Shown here: in pieces, positions 1 to 9,310 of the stretch
Layout: the number at the start of each line of letters is the position of its first letter
How positions within the stretch are numbered: position 1 is the first letter of the stretch
Source of the DNA: Eubacteriales bacterium
Lineage (GTDB): Bacteria; Bacillota; Clostridia; Oscillospirales; CAG-272
Assembly (NCBI GenBank): GCA_045542275.1
Contig: JAZQKP010000014.1
Location: 524-64,523, forward strand
Length of the DNA: 64,000 nucleotides
Direction: 5' to 3'
Program-made: the position numbers and the translations under genes
The notes under the pieces: generated by a model
What the model was told of the DNA's origin: nothing
The model's input: the letters and a program-made list of their open reading frames with translations, nothing else
The model's database searches: none

Positions 1-1
1 A

Positions 2-346
2 AGTGAGCTTAAAAGGCTACGAATGAGTGTAAACGAGCTACTTAGTGAGTTAAGACTTAAGGATATAGATGATGTAAGCACTGTTGATTATGCTATACTT
101 GAGCAAAATGGCAAGTTATCTGTATTTGAAAAGAAAAAAGTCGGGGAACGTGTGGATAAAAGTCAATTTTGTTATGCTGTTATTACAGATGGTGTAATAA
201 GTGAAACCGACCTTACGTACCTTGGGTTTGATAAAAATTGGGTTGAAAGTAAACTAAAAAAGAAGGGGCTTACAGTTAATGAAATATTCCTCATGACTGT
301 TAGTCCTGACGGCAAAACAAATATAATAGTAAAGGAAGAAAAATGA
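2..346 (+). CDS. DUF421/YetF-like membrane protein, C-terminal portion (5' end outside window)
   Basis: The reading frame is open to the left edge. ELLSELRLKDIDDVSTVDYAILEQNGKLSV resembles the conserved C-terminal region of DUF421 proteins. The stop overlaps the next start (ATGA). Confidence 0.55.
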   Translation, partial: SELKRLRMSVNELLSELRLKDIDDVSTVDYAILEQNGKLSVFEKKKVGERVDKSQFCYAVITDGVISETDLTYLGFDKNWVESKLKKKGLTVNEIFLMTVSPDGKTNIIVKEEK

Positions 347-699
347 AAGCATTTATTATTTCTACTTGCACATTACTACTAGTATTTGCAATTGTAATTT
401 TAAATTATTTTTATGTATTAAAGGTATACAGCCATATGGAAAACGAAATAAAAGAAATAGAAATAGTATCAAAAGACAAAGCCTCTTCTCTGCTTAATTA
501 TTGGGAGAAAGAAAGAATGTATGTTTCCTTATCCGTTCCTCATAGAATACTTGATGACCTTGAAAAAAACTTATCGGTTTTTGTAACCAAAATACGTGAA
601 GGAACAAAAATCGAGTTTGAGGAAACAAGACAGCTATTGTTAAATTCCATCGAAGAAATGAAAATACATGCAGGAATTTCTGCTGACACCTTGTTCTGA
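343..699 (+). CDS. DUF4363-like small membrane-anchored protein
   Basis: N-terminal TM helix (FIISTCTLLLVFAIVILNYF) followed by a helical domain. This is the usual downstream partner of DUF421 genes in Firmicutes. Family assignment is from memory. Confidence 0.45.
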   Translation: MKAFIISTCTLLLVFAIVILNYFYVLKVYSHMENEIKEIEIVSKDKASSLLNYWEKERMYVSLSVPHRILDDLEKNLSVFVTKIREGTKIEFEETRQLLLNSIEEMKIHAGISADTLF

Positions 700-810
700 C
701 ACAGCTTTTACGTCTCTTCTCTCCCTTTTTCGATATTCAATTTATAAAAATTGGTAATTTCTTCCAATTTTTAGTGAAAAAGTTTGTTAATTTTACCGAA
801 ATGGAAATTA

Positions 811-839
811 TTGTAATTTATGGAATAATATGGTATAAT
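811..839 (+). promoter_or_regulatory. candidate sigma-A promoter of spo0A
   Basis: TTGTAA (811-816), 17-nt spacer, TATAAT (834-839) with a TG extension at 831-832. Confidence 0.4.
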
Positions 840-890
840 ATTATTGTCGATAAAAGATAAAACAGTACCATGAAGAAAGGGAGAAGAAAA

Positions 891-1664
891 ATGGAAACAA
901 ATGCAAAAATCCTTGTTGCAGATGAAAATATTCAAACAAGGCATTCTACAAAGGAGGCGCTTATAAGAAAAGGCTACCGTAATGTAGATGAAGCTACTAA
1001 CGGAGAAGAGGCGCTTATTAAAATCAACAGAAATCATCCTGATATTGTTATTGCTGATATATGGTTATCAAAGCTTGACGGTATTGGGCTTATAAAAAAC
1101 TCCAGAGGAATTAATTACGGTAAAGATCAGCCACCTGCATTTATTATTGCATCACTTGTTACAAATCAGAATGTATTTATAGAAGCAACAAATGCCGGTG
1201 CATCTATGTGCTTAATGAAGCCCTTTGACTTCTCTAGTCTATGTGAGCATATAAATACAATTTACCGTTCAAGAGAAACTGCTATTCCCGAAAACAAGCC
1301 CAGCCGTGAGGACATCGAAACACAGGTTACAAAGGTTATTCATCAAATTGGCGTGCCTGCACACATAAAAGGATATCAATATTTAAGAACAGCTATTCTT
1401 ATGACCATTTCAGATAACGAAATAATCAATTCCGTAACTAAAATTCTCTATCCGTCTGTAGCGAAAAAGTACCAAACTACTACTTCACGAGTTGAAAGAG
1501 CTATTCGCCATGCCATTGAGGTGGCTTGGGACAGAGGTGATGTTGATACTCTTAATTCATATTTTGGATATACTATTCAAAACAATCGTGGAAAGCCTAC
1601 TAATTCTGAGTTTATTGCAATGATTGCCGATAATATGCGTCTTAAATACAAGTTGTATAACTAA
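891..1664 (+). CDS. spo0A: sporulation master regulator Spo0A
   Basis: Receiver domain ([25 protein letters not shown]) plus the diagnostic Spo0A effector domain ([19 protein letters not shown]; [18 protein letters not shown]; [14 protein letters not shown]). RBS AAGGGAGA lies 6 nt before ATG 891. The ORF-track start at 870 is less likely. Confidence 0.93.
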   Translation: METNAKILVADENIQTRHSTKEALIRKGYRNVDEATNGEEALIKINRNHPDIVIADIWLSKLDGIGLIKNSRGINYGKDQPPAFIIASLVTNQNVFIEATNAGASMCLMKPFDFSSLCEHINTIYRSRETAIPENKPSREDIETQVTKVIHQIGVPAHIKGYQYLRTAILMTISDNEIINSVTKILYPSVAKKYQTTTSRVERAIRHAIEVAWDRGDVDTLNSYFGYTIQNNRGKPTNSEFIAMIADNMRLKYKLYN

Positions 1665-1666
1665 CA

Positions 1667-1704
1667 AAAAGCCTATTGCGAAAATGCAATAGGCTTTTTC
1701 TTTT
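1667..1704 (+). terminator. intrinsic terminator after spo0A
   Basis: GCCTATTGC-gaaaat-GCAATAGGC followed by TTTTTCTTTT. Confidence 0.75.
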
Positions 1705-1724
1705 ATATATAATAAATAATGAAG

Positions 1725-1756
1725 AAAACAAAAAAAGAGGATCTTGCGATCCTCTT
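1725..1756 (-). terminator. intrinsic terminator after rplA
   Basis: On the minus strand: AGAGGATC-gcaa-GATCCTCT followed by TTTTTTTG. Confidence 0.75.
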
Positions 1757-1774
1757 ATTATGTTTGGCTTTAAA

Positions 1775-2464
1775 TTAAAGCTTAGCAGCGTTAACCTTGA
1801 TACCAGGGCCCATTGTGGAAGCCACTGTGCAGCTCTTAATGTACTGACCCTTAGCAGCAGCGGGCTTAGCCTTGATGATAGCACCAAGCAATGTCTGGAA
1901 GTTTTCGTTAAGCTTCTCTGTACCGAAGGAAGCCTTACCGATAGGACAGTGAATGATGTTTGTCTTGTCAAGACGGTCTTCGATCTTCCCAGCCTTAGCC
2001 TCAAGAACAGCCTTAGCAGCATCCATAGATACTGTACCAGCCTTGGGGTTAGGCATAAGTCCCTTAGGACCGAGGATCTTACCAAGACGACCGATAACAC
2101 CCATCATATCAGGTGTAGCGATTACAACGTCGAACTCAAACCAGTTTTCCTTTGTAATCTTTTCAACGTATTCTTCAGCACCAACGTAGTCTGCGCCAGC
2201 CTCTTCAGCTGCCTTAGCCTTCTCGCCACGTGCGAATACGAGTGTACGTACCTTCTTACCTGTACCGTTAGGAAGTACTACAGCACCTCTAACCTGCTGG
2301 TCAGCGTGTCTGGAGTCAACGCCCAAACGAACGTGTACTTCGATAGTTTCGTCAAACTTTGCCTTTGATGTCTCGCATACGAGCTTCATAGCATCTGCGG
2401 GATCATAAAGCTTTGTAGATTCGATAAGCTCAGCGCTTGCGATATATTTCTTTCCCTTTTTCAT
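1775..2464 (-). CDS. rplA: 50S ribosomal protein L1
   Basis: Full-length L1-like sequence ([18 protein letters not shown]; [23 protein letters not shown]), immediately downstream of rplK. Confidence 0.95.
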   Translation of the reverse strand: MKKGKKYIASAELIESTKLYDPADAMKLVCETSKAKFDETIEVHVRLGVDSRHADQQVRGAVVLPNGTGKKVRTLVFARGEKAKAAEEAGADYVGAEEYVEKITKENWFEFDVVIATPDMMGVIGRLGKILGPKGLMPNPKAGTVSMDAAKAVLEAKAGKIEDRLDKTNIIHCPIGKASFGTEKLNENFQTLLGAIIKAKPAAAKGQYIKSCTVASTMGPGIKVNAAKL

Positions 2465-2483
2465 CTCAAGTTACCTCCTTATC

Positions 2484-2909
2484 TTATTCCTCTACAGTAA
2501 TGCCCATAGAACGAGCAGTACCTGCGATCATGCTCATAGCTGCTTCAAGAGAGCCTGCATTAAGGTCGGGCATCTTTGTCTCAGCAATCTTCTGAACCTG
2601 TTCCTTAGTAAGCTTAGCAACCTTAGTCTTGTTAGGAGCTGCAGATGCAGTCTCGATACCAGCTGCCTTCTTAATGAGAACGGGTGCGGGAGGTGTCTTT
2701 GTGATAAATGTGAAGGAACGGTCTGCATATACAGTGATTACAACAGGAATGATGTAACCGATATCGTTCTTTGTTCTTTCGTTAAATTCCTTTGTGAAGT
2801 TAGGAATAGATACGCCGTACTGACCAAGAGCAGGTCCAATAGGCGGCTGGGGTGTAGCTTTACCTGCAGGGATCTGAAGTTTAATATAACCCTGAATTTT
2901 CTTTGCCAT
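2484..2909 (-). CDS. rplK: 50S ribosomal protein L11
   Basis: [24 protein letters not shown] signature; 141 aa. Confidence 0.95.
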   Translation of the reverse strand: MAKKIQGYIKLQIPAGKATPQPPIGPALGQYGVSIPNFTKEFNERTKNDIGYIIPVVITVYADRSFTFITKTPPAPVLIKKAAGIETASAAPNKTKVAKLTKEQVQKIAETKMPDLNAGSLEAAMSMIAGTARSMGITVEE

Positions 2910-2997
2910 GATTTATTTCCTCCTATGTGGTACTGTTGAGAGAATCATATTTTCTCTCTCCCACTTATTTGCGACTCGTTAAAGCCGGTCGCGCGCT

Positions 2998-3543
2998 TTA
3001 TTCTTCTATTTTCTTAATACACTTTGCGTCAAGGCTGACAGGCATATCTCTTCCGATGGAAGTAACAATAACTGTAACCTCATGTGTATCTGTTGAAATC
3101 TCGCTGATTCTTCCGCTATGTCCAGTAAGAATACCGTCAACGATTTCAACCATATCGCCGATGTTGAATGCATCTGCCTTTACAAGTTCCTCTCCGCTGA
3201 TCGCACGGGCTTCCTCGTCAGAAAGGGGAACAGGTCTAGATCCAGGACCTACGAAGCCTGTAACACCGCTGATGTAACGTACGATGTGCCAAACCTCATC
3301 ATTCATTATCATTTTAACGAATACGTAGCCGGGATAGATCTTTTCTTCAACAACCTTTTCCTTGCCCTTGGCATCTACTGTGGTTGTTGTAATAACAGGA
3401 ACCTTAACATCAAATATAAGATGAGAAAGATTTCTGTTTTCCACTACTCTTTCAATAGTGCTTTTTACTTTGTTTTCGTAACCAGTGTAGGTATGAACGA
3501 CATACCATTTCTGACCTGCAGTAAGTTCGTTAAAATCGCTCAT
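2998..3543 (-). CDS. nusG: transcription termination/antitermination factor NusG
   Basis: NGN domain (WYVVHTYTGYENKV) and C-terminal KOW (GDMVEIVDGILTGHSGRI). Sits in secE-nusG-rplK synteny. Confidence 0.93.
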   Translation of the reverse strand: MSDFNELTAGQKWYVVHTYTGYENKVKSTIERVVENRNLSHLIFDVKVPVITTTTVDAKGKEKVVEEKIYPGYVFVKMIMNDEVWHIVRYISGVTGFVGPGSRPVPLSDEEARAISGEELVKADAFNIGDMVEIVDGILTGHSGRISEISTDTHEVTVIVTSIGRDMPVSLDAKCIKKIEE

Positions 3544-3561
3544 TTTCAGTTACCTCTCAAA

Positions 3562-3795
3562 TCAAAAGACTTTTGCGAGGAAATTGAAAAGTGCAATAAG
3601 ACCAAAGTCAACAAGTCCGAGAACCAAAGCGATAGCAAGAATAGCAACGATTACCAAGCCAAAGCTCTTAAATGTTGTCTTCTTGGATGCCCATGTAATC
3701 TTCTTGAATTCACTCTTAAGACCCTTAAGCTTCTTTACGAGCTTAGAGAAGAATCCGGGCTTCTTTTCTTTTTTTACTTCGTTCTTTTCAGCCAT
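3562..3795 (-). CDS. secE: preprotein translocase subunit SecE
   Basis: 77 aa, lysine-rich N-terminus, single C-terminal TM; positioned between rpmG and nusG. Confidence 0.85.
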   Translation of the reverse strand: MAEKNEVKKEKKPGFFSKLVKKLKGLKSEFKKITWASKKTTFKSFGLVIVAILAIALVLGLVDFGLIALFNFLAKVF

Positions 3796-3806
3796 TTCGT
3801 TTCTCC

Positions 3807-3956
3807 TTACTTAGTTTCCTTGTGCAAGGTGTGCTTACGACAGAAACGGCAATACTTGTTCATTTCAAGTCTATCCGGATCATTCTTCTTATTTTTCTTT
3901 GTGTCGTAATTACGCTGTTTGCATTCGCTGCATGCCAATGTGATTTTGACTCTCAT
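3807..3956 (-). CDS. rpmG: 50S ribosomal protein L33
   Basis: [49 protein letters not shown] (CxxC...CxxC). Start placed at ATG 3956, preceded by GGAGGTG. The longer ORF-track start at 4070 is rejected. Confidence 0.9.
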   Translation of the reverse strand: MRVKITLACSECKQRNYDTKKNKKNDPDRLEMNKYCRFCRKHTLHKETK

Positions 3957-4100
3957 TTCAGCACCTCCATAATTTATTTGGGAATTTCCCATACTCGTAC
4001 GTAGTACGTACTGTGCCTCCCTCTTACGCAAAGGGGTTAAGCCCATATACTCTGTGCAAAAAAACCGCACAAAAAAAGACCCTCTGCACGAGGTGAATGC

Positions 4101-4129
4101 ATTATAACATAATATTATATGCTTGTCAA
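4101..4129 (-). promoter_or_regulatory. consensus sigma-A promoter for rpmG-secE-nusG-rplKA
   Basis: On the minus strand: TTGACA, 17-nt spacer, TATAAT. Confidence 0.65.
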
Positions 4130-4164
4130 GTACCTTTCGAAAAATTTTTCAAGTAAATTTTCTC

Positions 4165-4193
4165 TTGATATTTTTAGGTACTTGTGCTATAAT
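4165..4193 (+). promoter_or_regulatory. sigma-A promoter for rimM-trmD
   Basis: TTGATA (4165-4170), 17-nt spacer, TGcTATAAT (-10 at 4188-4193). Confidence 0.6.
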
Positions 4194-4235
4194 ATATGTT
4201 GGAAATTTATGTGTACATAAAAGGAGACGTATCTT

Positions 4236-4742
4236 ATGGAAAAATATTTGGAATGTGGTGCTATAACCAGAATACATGGCTTAGCAGGAGCCTTGGTTGT
4301 AAACCATTATTGCGATTCATATGAGGTATTTGCTCAGCTTAAAAATGTATACATTAAATCCTCTACAGGATATGAAAAGAAAAAGGTTAAAAAGATTTCA
4401 CCCTACAAGGTGGGCGCTTTGCTCATGCTTGATGGAGTAACTGATGCCGATGAGGCTATGAAATACCGTGGAAAAACCTTATATGCTGATAGAGATGATC
4501 TTAAGAAAGACGAAGATTCATTCTTTATTGTTGATCTTATAGGCCTACCCGTATGCGATTACAATACAAAGGAAAAATACGGTGTGCTTGGTGAGGTGGC
4601 AAACTACGGTGCGCAAGACGTTTATGTGATCAAGCGCGATGGAAAGACTGATGCGTACATCCCTGCTATACCCGAATTTGTGAAGAGCATTTCACTTGAG
4701 GAAGGAATTTTTATAACACCTATTGAGGGAATGATAGAATGA
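4236..4742 (+). CDS. rimM: 16S rRNA processing protein RimM
   Basis: N-terminal RimM-type beta-barrel motif ([15 protein letters not shown]) and a PRC-like C-terminus. ATGA overlap with trmD. Confidence 0.85.
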   Translation: MEKYLECGAITRIHGLAGALVVNHYCDSYEVFAQLKNVYIKSSTGYEKKKVKKISPYKVGALLMLDGVTDADEAMKYRGKTLYADRDDLKKDEDSFFIVDLIGLPVCDYNTKEKYGVLGEVANYGAQDVYVIKRDGKTDAYIPAIPEFVKSISLEEGIFITPIEGMIE

Positions 4743-5479
4743 GATTTGATATTTTAACTCTTTTTCCTGAACAGATAAATGCTGTACTTGGTGAAAGCAT
4801 TATGGGTAGAGCTCAAAAAAATGGGCTGATTTCCGTTAATGCACACAACATCAGGGACTATACATCAAACAAGCACAGAAAGGTGGACGATACACCGTAC
4901 GGAGGCGGTAAGGGCATGCTGATGGCTACACAGCCCATATACGATTGCTACTTGTCTGTCAAGTCTTCTCTACCTGAAGGAAAAACAAGAACTGTCTATA
5001 TGTCACCCAGAGGACGAATTTTCAATCATAATATTGCAAAGGAGCTTTCACAATACGATAATCTTATAATTCTTTGCGGTCACTATGAGGGTGTCGACCA
5101 AAGAGTTCTGGATGAAGTAATTGATGAGGAAATCTCTATAGGTGATTACGTTCTGACAGGCGGTGAGCTACCTGCATGTATACTTGTAGATGCTGTATCA
5201 AGACTTCTTGACGGAGTTTTAGCTGATGAAATATGCCATGAGGATGAAAGCATAGCATCAGGCCTTCTGGAATATCCTCAGTATACAAGACCTCCGATTT
5301 TCAACGGTAAGGAGGTTCCCGAGGTGCTTCTTAGCGGTCACCATGGAAACATAGATAAATGGAGACTTGAAAAATCTCTTGAATTAACAAAGGAGCGTCG
5401 ACCGGATTTATATGAAAAATATATGATCGAGCACCCTCCTGTTGAAAAGAAAAAACGCAAAAGCAAATCTACGCAGTAA
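4739..5479 (+). CDS. trmD: tRNA (guanine37-N1)-methyltransferase TrmD
   Basis: [11 protein letters not shown] start, YGGGKGM motif and [27 protein letters not shown] motif. Confidence 0.93.
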   Translation: MRFDILTLFPEQINAVLGESIMGRAQKNGLISVNAHNIRDYTSNKHRKVDDTPYGGGKGMLMATQPIYDCYLSVKSSLPEGKTRTVYMSPRGRIFNHNIAKELSQYDNLIILCGHYEGVDQRVLDEVIDEEISIGDYVLTGGELPACILVDAVSRLLDGVLADEICHEDESIASGLLEYPQYTRPPIFNGKEVPEVLLSGHHGNIDKWRLEKSLELTKERRPDLYEKYMIEHPPVEKKKRKSKSTQ

Positions 5480-5517
5480 TGCGTATTCACTATTAAACTG
5501 GTATTGGATGTGATTGA

Positions 5518-7575
5518 TTGGAAAACAAACAGATTAAAAATACATCACAGGCTACAAAGTCAAAGTTTGAACGCGCTTCGTCGTGGGCTTTAGCCAAGGT
5601 GAGAGGAAGCTTTGTAGGTAAGTTTTTTACTTCATATGAAAAAGCAAACAAGTCTTATATAAGCAAAACAAAAGGTCTTAAAAATCAAGGTAATAAGCAT
5701 AAAACCAGACGCAAGGTATCCAAAATTTTTGAAAATAGCTTTTTTGTTAATTTGGTACCTAAAATAACAAGCTTTCTTTTACGTACATCCCTGCGCGATT
5801 ACGGAATAATAATGCTTAGTATGGGTTTTTTTATGTCTATTCTTTACCCAATACGCAGCTTTGTAACCATTCTCGATGTACCCTTTGAATCCTTTATTAT
5901 GGGTCTGATTCTCGCAGGCTGCTCTATCCCATTGCTTTTTTCAGCAAAAAGCTATGCATCAGGTGTATTGTCAAGCAGACTTGTAAGCTTCATTTTCTTC
6001 CAATGTCTAGGCTTAAAAGCTGACAATTTCCGTTTAGCAAATGAACAAACCACGCACACGTCCTCTAACATTTCCTTTTTTGTAGGAATGTTTATGGGCA
6101 TAATATCATATTTTACAAGTCCGTCCTTTATTCTTATAGCCTTACTTGTTTTACTGCTAGGCTATGCAGTTCTGACAACACCAGAATCAGGTATCGTTGT
6201 GTTGCTTTTTGCAATTCCGTTTATTTCCATTGATTTGTTTATTTTAATGACAATTTATGTGGATATATGCTACATTATTAAGTATATCATAGGTAAAAGA
6301 ACATTGAAATTTGAGCTGTTCGATATTGCAATTTCAGCTATAATGCTTATGATTGTTATCAGCTATGCTTTCTGCCTTGACCACAGAACATCCCTTGTTC
6401 CCACACTTATTAATGCAGCCCTTGTTCTCTGCTACTTTGCGGTTTCAAATCTAATAAGATCAAAACAATGGTTTACACGTTGCCTTGTTTCCTTAACGCT
6501 ATCTGTAACTTTGGCATCTGTTATTGGAATTGTCCAGTTTATACTTAAGGAGCTTAAGGTGATTGTACCTAATTTTGATGCGTTTTCATCAATCAATGAA
6601 CGCATAACATCTACATTCTACAATCCGGATGTATTTGCGATATACTTGTGCGCAATTGTTCCATTTATACTTTTATTCATCTTTTCGGGTAATAGAGCAA
6701 TGTCGCGTATTTACGGTGTATTTTCACTGGCACTTGTTATAACGTGCATTATTCTTAATCAATCCAAGGCAGCACTTATTGCTGTAATAGTAGAAATGCT
6801 GCTCTTCCTAATAATCTACAATAAAAACTTTATATACCTTGCAATGGTTGCTGCGGTGGCAATTCCAATTTTCCACTACACCTTACCTGCAGATATGCTT
6901 GCTTTAATAAATAGCTTTGGAAAAAGTGCTGAATTGACTTCTCCATCAACTGCTATTATTAACAGGACTACGTGGCAAATTTTTAAAAGATTTCCTTTCG
7001 GTATCGGCTTCGGTGAAAATAATTTTGCTGAGGCTTTGGACAGAGTAAATCTTGATTTAAACGGTGCTACAGATCTTGGAAGCATTTACAGACAGCTGCT
7101 TATATCATCAGGAATTCTTGGAATAATTATTTTAACCGCATTCTCTATTCTATTTTTAATCCTTGCCTTTACCCTTTGCGCAAAGGCAAAAAATAAGCAT
7201 AGAAGAATTAATGGCGCAGCAGGATTTGTCTCTATTATCGGTATATTTGTTTCCGGTATTTTCTGCTACTCACTTAAATCAAGCGAGCTTGTATTTATTT
7301 CATTCATTGCAATAGCGCTTACCTTCTCTTACTACAAAATTGAAAGAGAGCTTGATAAGCCTACAAGTGTTTACGTAGATATCACATCTGCAAGTGTTGA
7401 TATAGAAATACCTGCCGAATTTACAAAAAACACAACTCCTAAGAGAAAATATGTACATGCTCCTATAAAGAAGAAATCAAAGGCTCAGATCAAGCGAAAT
7501 CCCTTTGATGAGCTTATGAACAGTAATGAATTCATACGCATAGTTGATGATAATACGGAGGTTGGCGATGATTAA
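5518..7575 (+). CDS. O-antigen ligase-like (Wzy_C family) polytopic membrane protein
   Basis: At least 10 predicted TM helices with a periplasmic-loop region typical of Wzy_C/O-antigen ligase-like proteins. TTG start. The basic N- and C-terminal tails are unusual. Confidence 0.55.
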   Translation: MENKQIKNTSQATKSKFERASSWALAKVRGSFVGKFFTSYEKANKSYISKTKGLKNQGNKHKTRRKVSKIFENSFFVNLVPKITSFLLRTSLRDYGIIMLSMGFFMSILYPIRSFVTILDVPFESFIMGLILAGCSIPLLFSAKSYASGVLSSRLVSFIFFQCLGLKADNFRLANEQTTHTSSNISFFVGMFMGIISYFTSPSFILIALLVLLLGYAVLTTPESGIVVLLFAIPFISIDLFILMTIYVDICYIIKYIIGKRTLKFELFDIAISAIMLMIVISYAFCLDHRTSLVPTLINAALVLCYFAVSNLIRSKQWFTRCLVSLTLSVTLASVIGIVQFILKELKVIVPNFDAFSSINERITSTFYNPDVFAIYLCAIVPFILLFIFSGNRAMSRIYGVFSLALVITCIILNQSKAALIAVIVEMLLFLIIYNKNFIYLAMVAAVAIPIFHYTLPADMLALINSFGKSAELTSPSTAIINRTTWQIFKRFPFGIGFGENNFAEALDRVNLDLNGATDLGSIYRQLLISSGILGIIILTAFSILFLILAFTLCAKAKNKHRRINGAAGFVSIIGIFVSGIFCYSLKSSELVFISFIAIALTFSYYKIERELDKPTSVYVDITSASVDIEIPAEFTKNTTPKRKYVHAPIKKKSKAQIKRNPFDELMNSNEFIRIVDDNTEVGDD

Positions 7576-8020
7576 AGCTCGTAAAGACAAAAAAACCGTA
7601 TTTAACATAATTGATATTATTATCATTGCAATTTTTATTATTTTTCTTTCCTATTTTATATATTCATATGTTTTAGGTAATAGCTTGTATAATATTGGAG
7701 CTGAGGAAGTACAGCTGGAATATAATCTGCGTCTTGACAAGGTAAAGGCTTCGTATTGCAACAATATTAAAGAAGGCGATATCATAAAAACCTCAGACGG
7801 TAAGCTGGTGCTTGGAAGAGTTGTTTCATCCACATCAGAAATTTCTGACGATGGAATGTCCTATACTGTGTATGTAACTGTTCAAGCTGATGCTTATATG
7901 CGTAAAAGCTCAATATTTAATATTCAAAATCAAAAGCTTAAGCCTGATATGGATATTTCAATTCGATTTCCAAACTATTCTCCGCACAGTGCGGTAATCA
8001 CAGATATTAAGGTGGTTTAA
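7568..8020 (+). CDS. small membrane-anchored protein (DUF4330-like)
   Basis: GGAGG RBS before ATG 7568. N-terminal TM (IIDIIIIAIFIIFLSYFIY) then a beta-rich domain. Family call is tentative. Confidence 0.45.
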   Translation: MIKARKDKKTVFNIIDIIIIAIFIIFLSYFIYSYVLGNSLYNIGAEEVQLEYNLRLDKVKASYCNNIKEGDIIKTSDGKLVLGRVVSSTSEISDDGMSYTVYVTVQADAYMRKSSIFNIQNQKLKPDMDISIRFPNYSPHSAVITDIKVV

Positions 8021-9301
8021 ATGTTTATAGACAAGGTTAAAATTTATGTAAAGGCAGGTAACGGTGGTAACGGTTGCGTTTCCTTCAGACGTGAAAAGTA
8101 CGTTGCCAAGGGTGGACCTGACGGCGGTGACGGCGGTCACGGCGGTAATGTGGTATTCCACATCGACAAGGGCTCCAACACATTACTTTCCTTCCGTTAT
8201 AAAAGAAAATTCATTGCCGAAAACGGCGGTGACGGAGCAGGCGCCAAGTTCCATGGTAAAAATGGCGCTGATATAATTGTAAATGTTCCCGAGGGTACTC
8301 TTATCAAGGATGCAGAATCGGGCAAAATACTTAAGGATATGTCCGACTGCGAGGATTGGGTATGCGCCAAGGGTGGACGTGGTGGCTGGGGTAATAAGCA
8401 CTTTGCAACACCCACAAGACAGATACCCATGTTTGCAAAAAGCGGTACAAAGGGTCAGGAACGGGAGCTTACTCTTGAGCTTAAAATGCTTGCAGATGTA
8501 GGTCTTGTTGGCTTGCCAAGTGCAGGAAAATCCTCTCTCTTAGCGGCTGTAAGCGATGCAAGACCCAAGATTGCAGACTATCACTTCACTACTCTCTCGC
8601 CAAATCTCGGTGTGGTTAATGTACGTGACGGACATGGCTTTGTAATGGCTGATATTCCCGGTCTTATTGAGGGTGCATCAGACGGTGCAGGTCTTGGACA
8701 TGCATTCCTTCGCCACGTTGAAAGATGCAGATTGCTTCTTCAGGTGGTTGATATTTCCTGTATTGAGGGAAGAAATCCCATTGATGATATTGTAACAATT
8801 GATACTGAGCTTGAGAAATTCTCTCCCGAGCTTGCATCCCGTCCCAGAATTGTAGTTGCAAATAAGGTTGACTCACTTGACAAAGATCTGGTTGATGTTG
8901 ACGCATTTGAAGGCTATATTAAGGAACGTGGCTGGGAGCTTATATACATTTCTGCCTACACAGGAGAAAACACAGATGAGCTTGTAAAAATGGTTGACGA
9001 CAGACTGCTTGACCTTCCTCCACTTACTATCTATGAGGCTGATTATGAGCCTGAGGATAAGTACCTTAGTGGCGATGACCATGAGGTTACTATCACCCGT
9101 GATGACAAGGGAGTTTACGTGGTTGAGGGCGAATGGCTTTTTAACCTTGTAGGTCAGGTAAACTTTGAGGACAGAGAGTCACTTATGTTTTTCCAGCGTG
9201 TGCTTTTGAAGAGTGGAACTATTGATAAGCTTCGTGAAGCAGGCTGTAAGGATGGAGACACTGTTTCTATGTACGATTTTGAATTTGATTTTGTAACTTA
9301 A
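8021..9301 (+). CDS. obg: GTPase Obg/CgtA
   Basis: Glycine-rich Obg fold (GNGGNGCVSFRREKYVAKGGPDGGDGGHGG), G1 motif GLPSAGKSS, DIPGLIEGA, NKVD, and a C-terminal OCT domain. Confidence 0.95.
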   Translation: MFIDKVKIYVKAGNGGNGCVSFRREKYVAKGGPDGGDGGHGGNVVFHIDKGSNTLLSFRYKRKFIAENGGDGAGAKFHGKNGADIIVNVPEGTLIKDAESGKILKDMSDCEDWVCAKGGRGGWGNKHFATPTRQIPMFAKSGTKGQERELTLELKMLADVGLVGLPSAGKSSLLAAVSDARPKIADYHFTTLSPNLGVVNVRDGHGFVMADIPGLIEGASDGAGLGHAFLRHVERCRLLLQVVDISCIEGRNPIDDIVTIDTELEKFSPELASRPRIVVANKVDSLDKDLVDVDAFEGYIKERGWELIYISAYTGENTDELVKMVDDRLLDLPPLTIYEADYEPEDKYLSGDDHEVTITRDDKGVYVVEGEWLFNLVGQVNFEDRESLMFFQRVLLKSGTIDKLREAGCKDGDTVSMYDFEFDFVT

Positions 9302-9310
9302 GAGGTAACT

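Noticed and set aside
4060-4095. Hairpin plus T-run right after the rpmG promoter (CCTCgtgcaGAGG then GTCTTTTTTT; TGTGCggtttttttGCACA) as a transcription attenuator
   Set aside because: The stems are only 4-5 bp, too weak to call a terminator or attenuator without folding energies or conservation data.
8040-8170. GGT/GGC-rich tandem repeats and overlapping small ORFs at the start of obg
   Set aside because: They encode the glycine-rich Obg fold (GGxGG repeats), a normal feature of the gene. The overlapping ORFs on both strands are artefacts.
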